DNA of 64,000 nucleotides from Elsinoe ampelina (Eukaryota): NCBI GenBank assembly GCA_010093995.1, contig ML992511.1, positions 912,155 to 976,154 of the forward strand, read 5' to 3'. Shown piece by piece: positions 60,671 to 64,000 of this stretch (position 1 is its first letter; each line of letters starts with the position of its first letter). The notes under the pieces were generated by a model. It saw only the letters and a program-made list of their open reading frames with translations, ran no database searches and was not told where the DNA came from. The position numbers and the translations under genes were made by a program.

Positions 60671-61460
60671 AACACAAGCCTGAGGGACCCTGACATGTCA
60701 GCAGAGACGACACATCAGACGAGAGGAGAGCGAGAGAACCGAGAACTGGCAGCCAGAGCTGTCCCGAGCGCTCGCATTGAATGCGCACAGAGACTGTCCG
60801 CATGGGGGAGGGATCGAGGTCGGAATCGGGAATCAATTCATGCACGGTCCTACAGGAGCACGGCAATCTGATGAGCCATGCGAGGGCCAGCAGGAGGTTG
60901 TATGGCAGTTCTCCCAAGGAGGGAAGAGACCTTCTCATTACGAGGATGCAGTCATGAACTTCATATACAAGTTCCTGATAATTACCATTTCATTTCCTTT
61001 CCATTCAACAAGGCATAGCTATGGGGTATGTGAGAATGTGATGCCAGTGCTTTCCATCCTGGATCTTACACGGTATCAGCGTCATTCTTCCTCGTTCTAA
61101 ATCCCCAGGAGGACCTCGGTATGACAAGTCTATACCTGCTTAATCCTACAAGCAGAGCTGCGATTGCGACTGTAAACCCGATCTATTGTCCAGCTCTTGC
61201 AATGAGGTGCTTTTCAGAGCGAGTACTCTTGTCGATGCTATTCTTGGTGATCATGCACCTGCGGTTTCGAAGGGGAGCTCTTCTCCATCCTCTTGGCTCT
61301 TCTCGAGACCCTAGATTCCGTTCACCGCCACCCATTGCTCTCCCATGGTCCAGGCTGCACCACCGCAGTCTTCTACATGACCTCACCTCGAGCCTCACAC
61401 AGTCCCTCTCGCCGGACTTCACATCACCGTCTCGGCCACTCGTCCGAGTGACCAATCGCC

Positions 61461-62048
61461 ATGCCTCACGTAAGTCGCACCTCACCTGCAAAGGTGACTC
61501 AGCTGACCATCATCCAGAGGCAGGCGATCTGTCAGCTAGAGATCTCGACCATCGCGGATGAAACCGACCCCAACTCCAGAAGATCCGCGCGCCAACAGCG
61601 CCAGACCGAAACCGAAGCCGACCTCCGCGTCATTTCAGGCCTCACAGAAGAGATCCGGCGCAGAGTCTCCCAAGTCTGCGGTCGTTCGCGTGATCAGCTG
61701 ACCGAGGACAACAGATTCGACCACGAGGCTGAGCTCAACGAAGTCAAGAAGACTGTTCGGGAATTGAAAGTGCAGGTGGAGCAAGCCGTGGACGAGAATG
61801 GACAGCTTGATGGGAAATTGAAGGAGAGAGAGAGCGAGCTTGTTGAGGCCAGGTGCTTGGTGCAGAAACAGAGCTCGGCTTTGCAGGAAATGGCGAAAGC
61901 CAATACTCGCTTGGTGAAGGAGCGGGACGAGGCGAGGGGGTTGTTGCAGCAGATTGTTGTTTTGGGCGGAGAAGGGTTGAGTCGCTTGCCACCGTCACGA
62001 GGGCCTTCCAGTCAGCGTTCGCGACATGAGGGGAGGAGTCCGATATGA
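61461..62048 (+). CDS. Hypothetical coiled-coil protein (195 aa)
   Basis: Single ORF with a long heptad-rich charged segment. Confidence 0.55.
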   Translation: MPHVSRTSPAKVTQLTIIQRQAICQLEISTIADETDPNSRRSARQQRQTETEADLRVISGLTEEIRRRVSQVCGRSRDQLTEDNRFDHEAELNEVKKTVRELKVQVEQAVDENGQLDGKLKERESELVEARCLVQKQSSALQEMAKANTRLVKERDEARGLLQQIVVLGGEGLSRLPPSRGPSSQRSRHEGRSPI

Positions 62049-62251
62049 GCCGCCTCAGTGGTCGAGATCTCCTACGGATTGTGGAATATCCTGGTATAAG
62101 GAGGTTGTGCAGTCGTGGAAGATAGCAGGCTCTGCCTTTCCCGTTGAGATATTTGGTTAGGATATCATGGTTCGTCGAAAGCTATTATTGAGCTAGAACG
62201 AGGTTACAGCCTCAACATCCTCATCCTCTCCGCCGTGAGTTCCAGCCTGTA

Positions 62252-63449
62252 CTACCGCTGTCCCCTCAGCCATGCTTTCTCCTCTTCGAGATACTGGAGT
62301 GCATCCTTCAAGACGCCCTCTAGAGCAGCACTGATAGCCTTCCTACGAGCGACACTGATGCTGCCACTCGTGCTTGCCGTGACAGCGACATTTCGAGTCT
62401 CTGACATTGGTAGTACAAGCCGAATATTGCTTTGATGGTCGATGAGGACCAGCAGGCCATCCGAGAATATGGAAGAGTCCGGTGGAGCCCGTAGAAGATG
62501 TGTTGCTGCTTGTAGGAGGTATGTCGTCGCCTCTGGAGCACGGCGGACTGGAAGGACGGACGTGAGCTCCTGCATGTGGTTGACCGGCGGGGAGGCCTGG
62601 AGGGGAAGGTCAAGACGGTCCGAGACAGCCATCGCCTGCGTTGACTGAGACATGGAAGAGAGGATGGTATGGACGGCAACACTTCGCCTTGTCAGCCAAT
62701 CTGCCCAAAGCTTACTGGCGTGGTCTGCAAGGGTGGACTTACCACAACCCTTCGAAACCCATACCTAGACCTCCGATACCGTCCAGATGACTTACGTAGC
62801 CCCCAGATCCTCGCCCGAAGTCTTCCCTCCATGTAGGACAGACGTATAGCAATACGGCACTTTCCCAGTTTGCATTCGACCAATTTGCGGTAGGACCATT
62901 CGAGATCTGGTCTGTGACGAAGCTCTTGAGGAGACTTGGTGCATCGAATTTCGTGGTACATTGCTCAAGAGGAATGACACGACCTGGTGTCATTGCTGAT
63001 AAAGGGGAAGCTGTGCTATCTTCTGCCGCCATACTAACATTCATAGGAGTGTCAGGAATGGCCTTGACGGCCGATCCAGCTGCTCTTGAGATGCCCAGAC
63101 CATCTGTCTCCTGGGATCTCGACAACGGTGACGGTGATGCTGGTCCGTCGTCATCGCCACTGGCTGGACGGGACCGATGAGCCAGTACCCTCAATCGCTT
63201 TGATGGCGATATCGACCGCTCGGATCTATTTGCTGCTGTACCGGGTGTCCCTCCATTGCCCAGGGTGGAGAGGGCGAATGGATTGGCGGTCAAGTCGTTG
63301 GTATTGGAGAAATAGCCATCTCCATAGTGCGGATCTTGTGCTTCTGGATTTGGAGTCTGTAATGCAAGAGATGATGTGGCGTCGGACAGGTCGTGGAAGG
63401 TCCGCTTCCGGCGAAGTGGGGAGGTTGGTGTCGGCGGGTCCACCTCCAT
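62252..63449 (-). CDS. Hypothetical protein (2 exons; 5' end uncertain)
   Basis: ORF 62739-63455 joins ORF 62252-62653 in frame through a GTAAGT..GCTGAC..AAG intron; basic RRKR NLS-like motif. Confidence 0.55.
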
Positions 63450-64000
63450 TAACAAGACTGGCTCCCAGTAATGATATTATGGATTATGGTCCTAGAGATC
63501 GTGTGCACGGATTGACGCGGTCGAATGCCTGTTACAGCTTGTTAGACACGTGAATGGCGTGGTGACATCCGTGATGAATGAGGTGAAGTCGCCGTCCCAG
63601 CAAACTCGTTCCTCATTTACACCTTGCATATGCTGGCAAATTCTATCACACAACTCGGCCCAGCACAGTGTGGCATAAAGACTACATTGGAAGCGTAGTT
63701 CAACCATTCAAGGCTATGACCATGAAAAAGACCCGAGTATGCGACTGGTGAGGTCTCTTTTCAGTCGCTCACGCCGGCCCCTATGCCGCATCCATCCATC
63801 GTCAGAACTACCACTGCACACATTACTTGGTGAGAAGTCAATGTACGATTTTGAACTTTAGACTACATATATCATCGTCGCACGTCACGCCAAACTAGCG
63901 ATTGCCTGGACAGGCAGCGAAACTCCGGAGTATGGCAACCTCTTTAGACCTCAACACGGTGTTCCTGAATATTAGCCAAGCCGCAACAGCCACGATCTCA

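Noticed and set aside
1..64000. CRISPR arrays, rRNA, tRNA and secondary-metabolite backbone genes
   Set aside because: None seen; the CoA ligase, GNAT and GH43 are dispersed among housekeeping genes with no PKS or NRPS

Overview
Eukaryotic, intron-containing DNA from a filamentous ascomycete (Pezizomycotina; GT-AG introns with CTRAY branch points, RIP-mutated repeats). Most of the window is conserved housekeeping genes: acr-2-like Zn2Cys6 factor, RRG9, RGP1, RPL6, RPN13, NDUFB11/ESSS, Ctr copper transporter, GNAT, GH43 xylosidase, PTH11-like membrane protein, ATP11, peroxisomal acyl-CoA ligase, CobW GTPase, RRN10-like, CSA/ERCC8 and ATG5. These are interspersed with orphan genes (several disrupted), a RIP-inactivated Fot1/pogo transposon (753-3470) and a RIP-ed MITE (38489-39029). 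The most interesting region is an ~10 kb island (17952-27496). It holds a head-to-head pair of signal-peptide-less MACPF-like pore-forming protein genes plus a third, repeat-containing gene. The minus-strand MACPF gene continues past an in-frame TAG into SUEL/DUF3395-like modules and a spliced bulb-type (GNA) lectin domain, which the ORF track misses. The putative promoters of the island share dense clusters of CATGCA. All family calls come from motif recognition by eye; no database searches were run.
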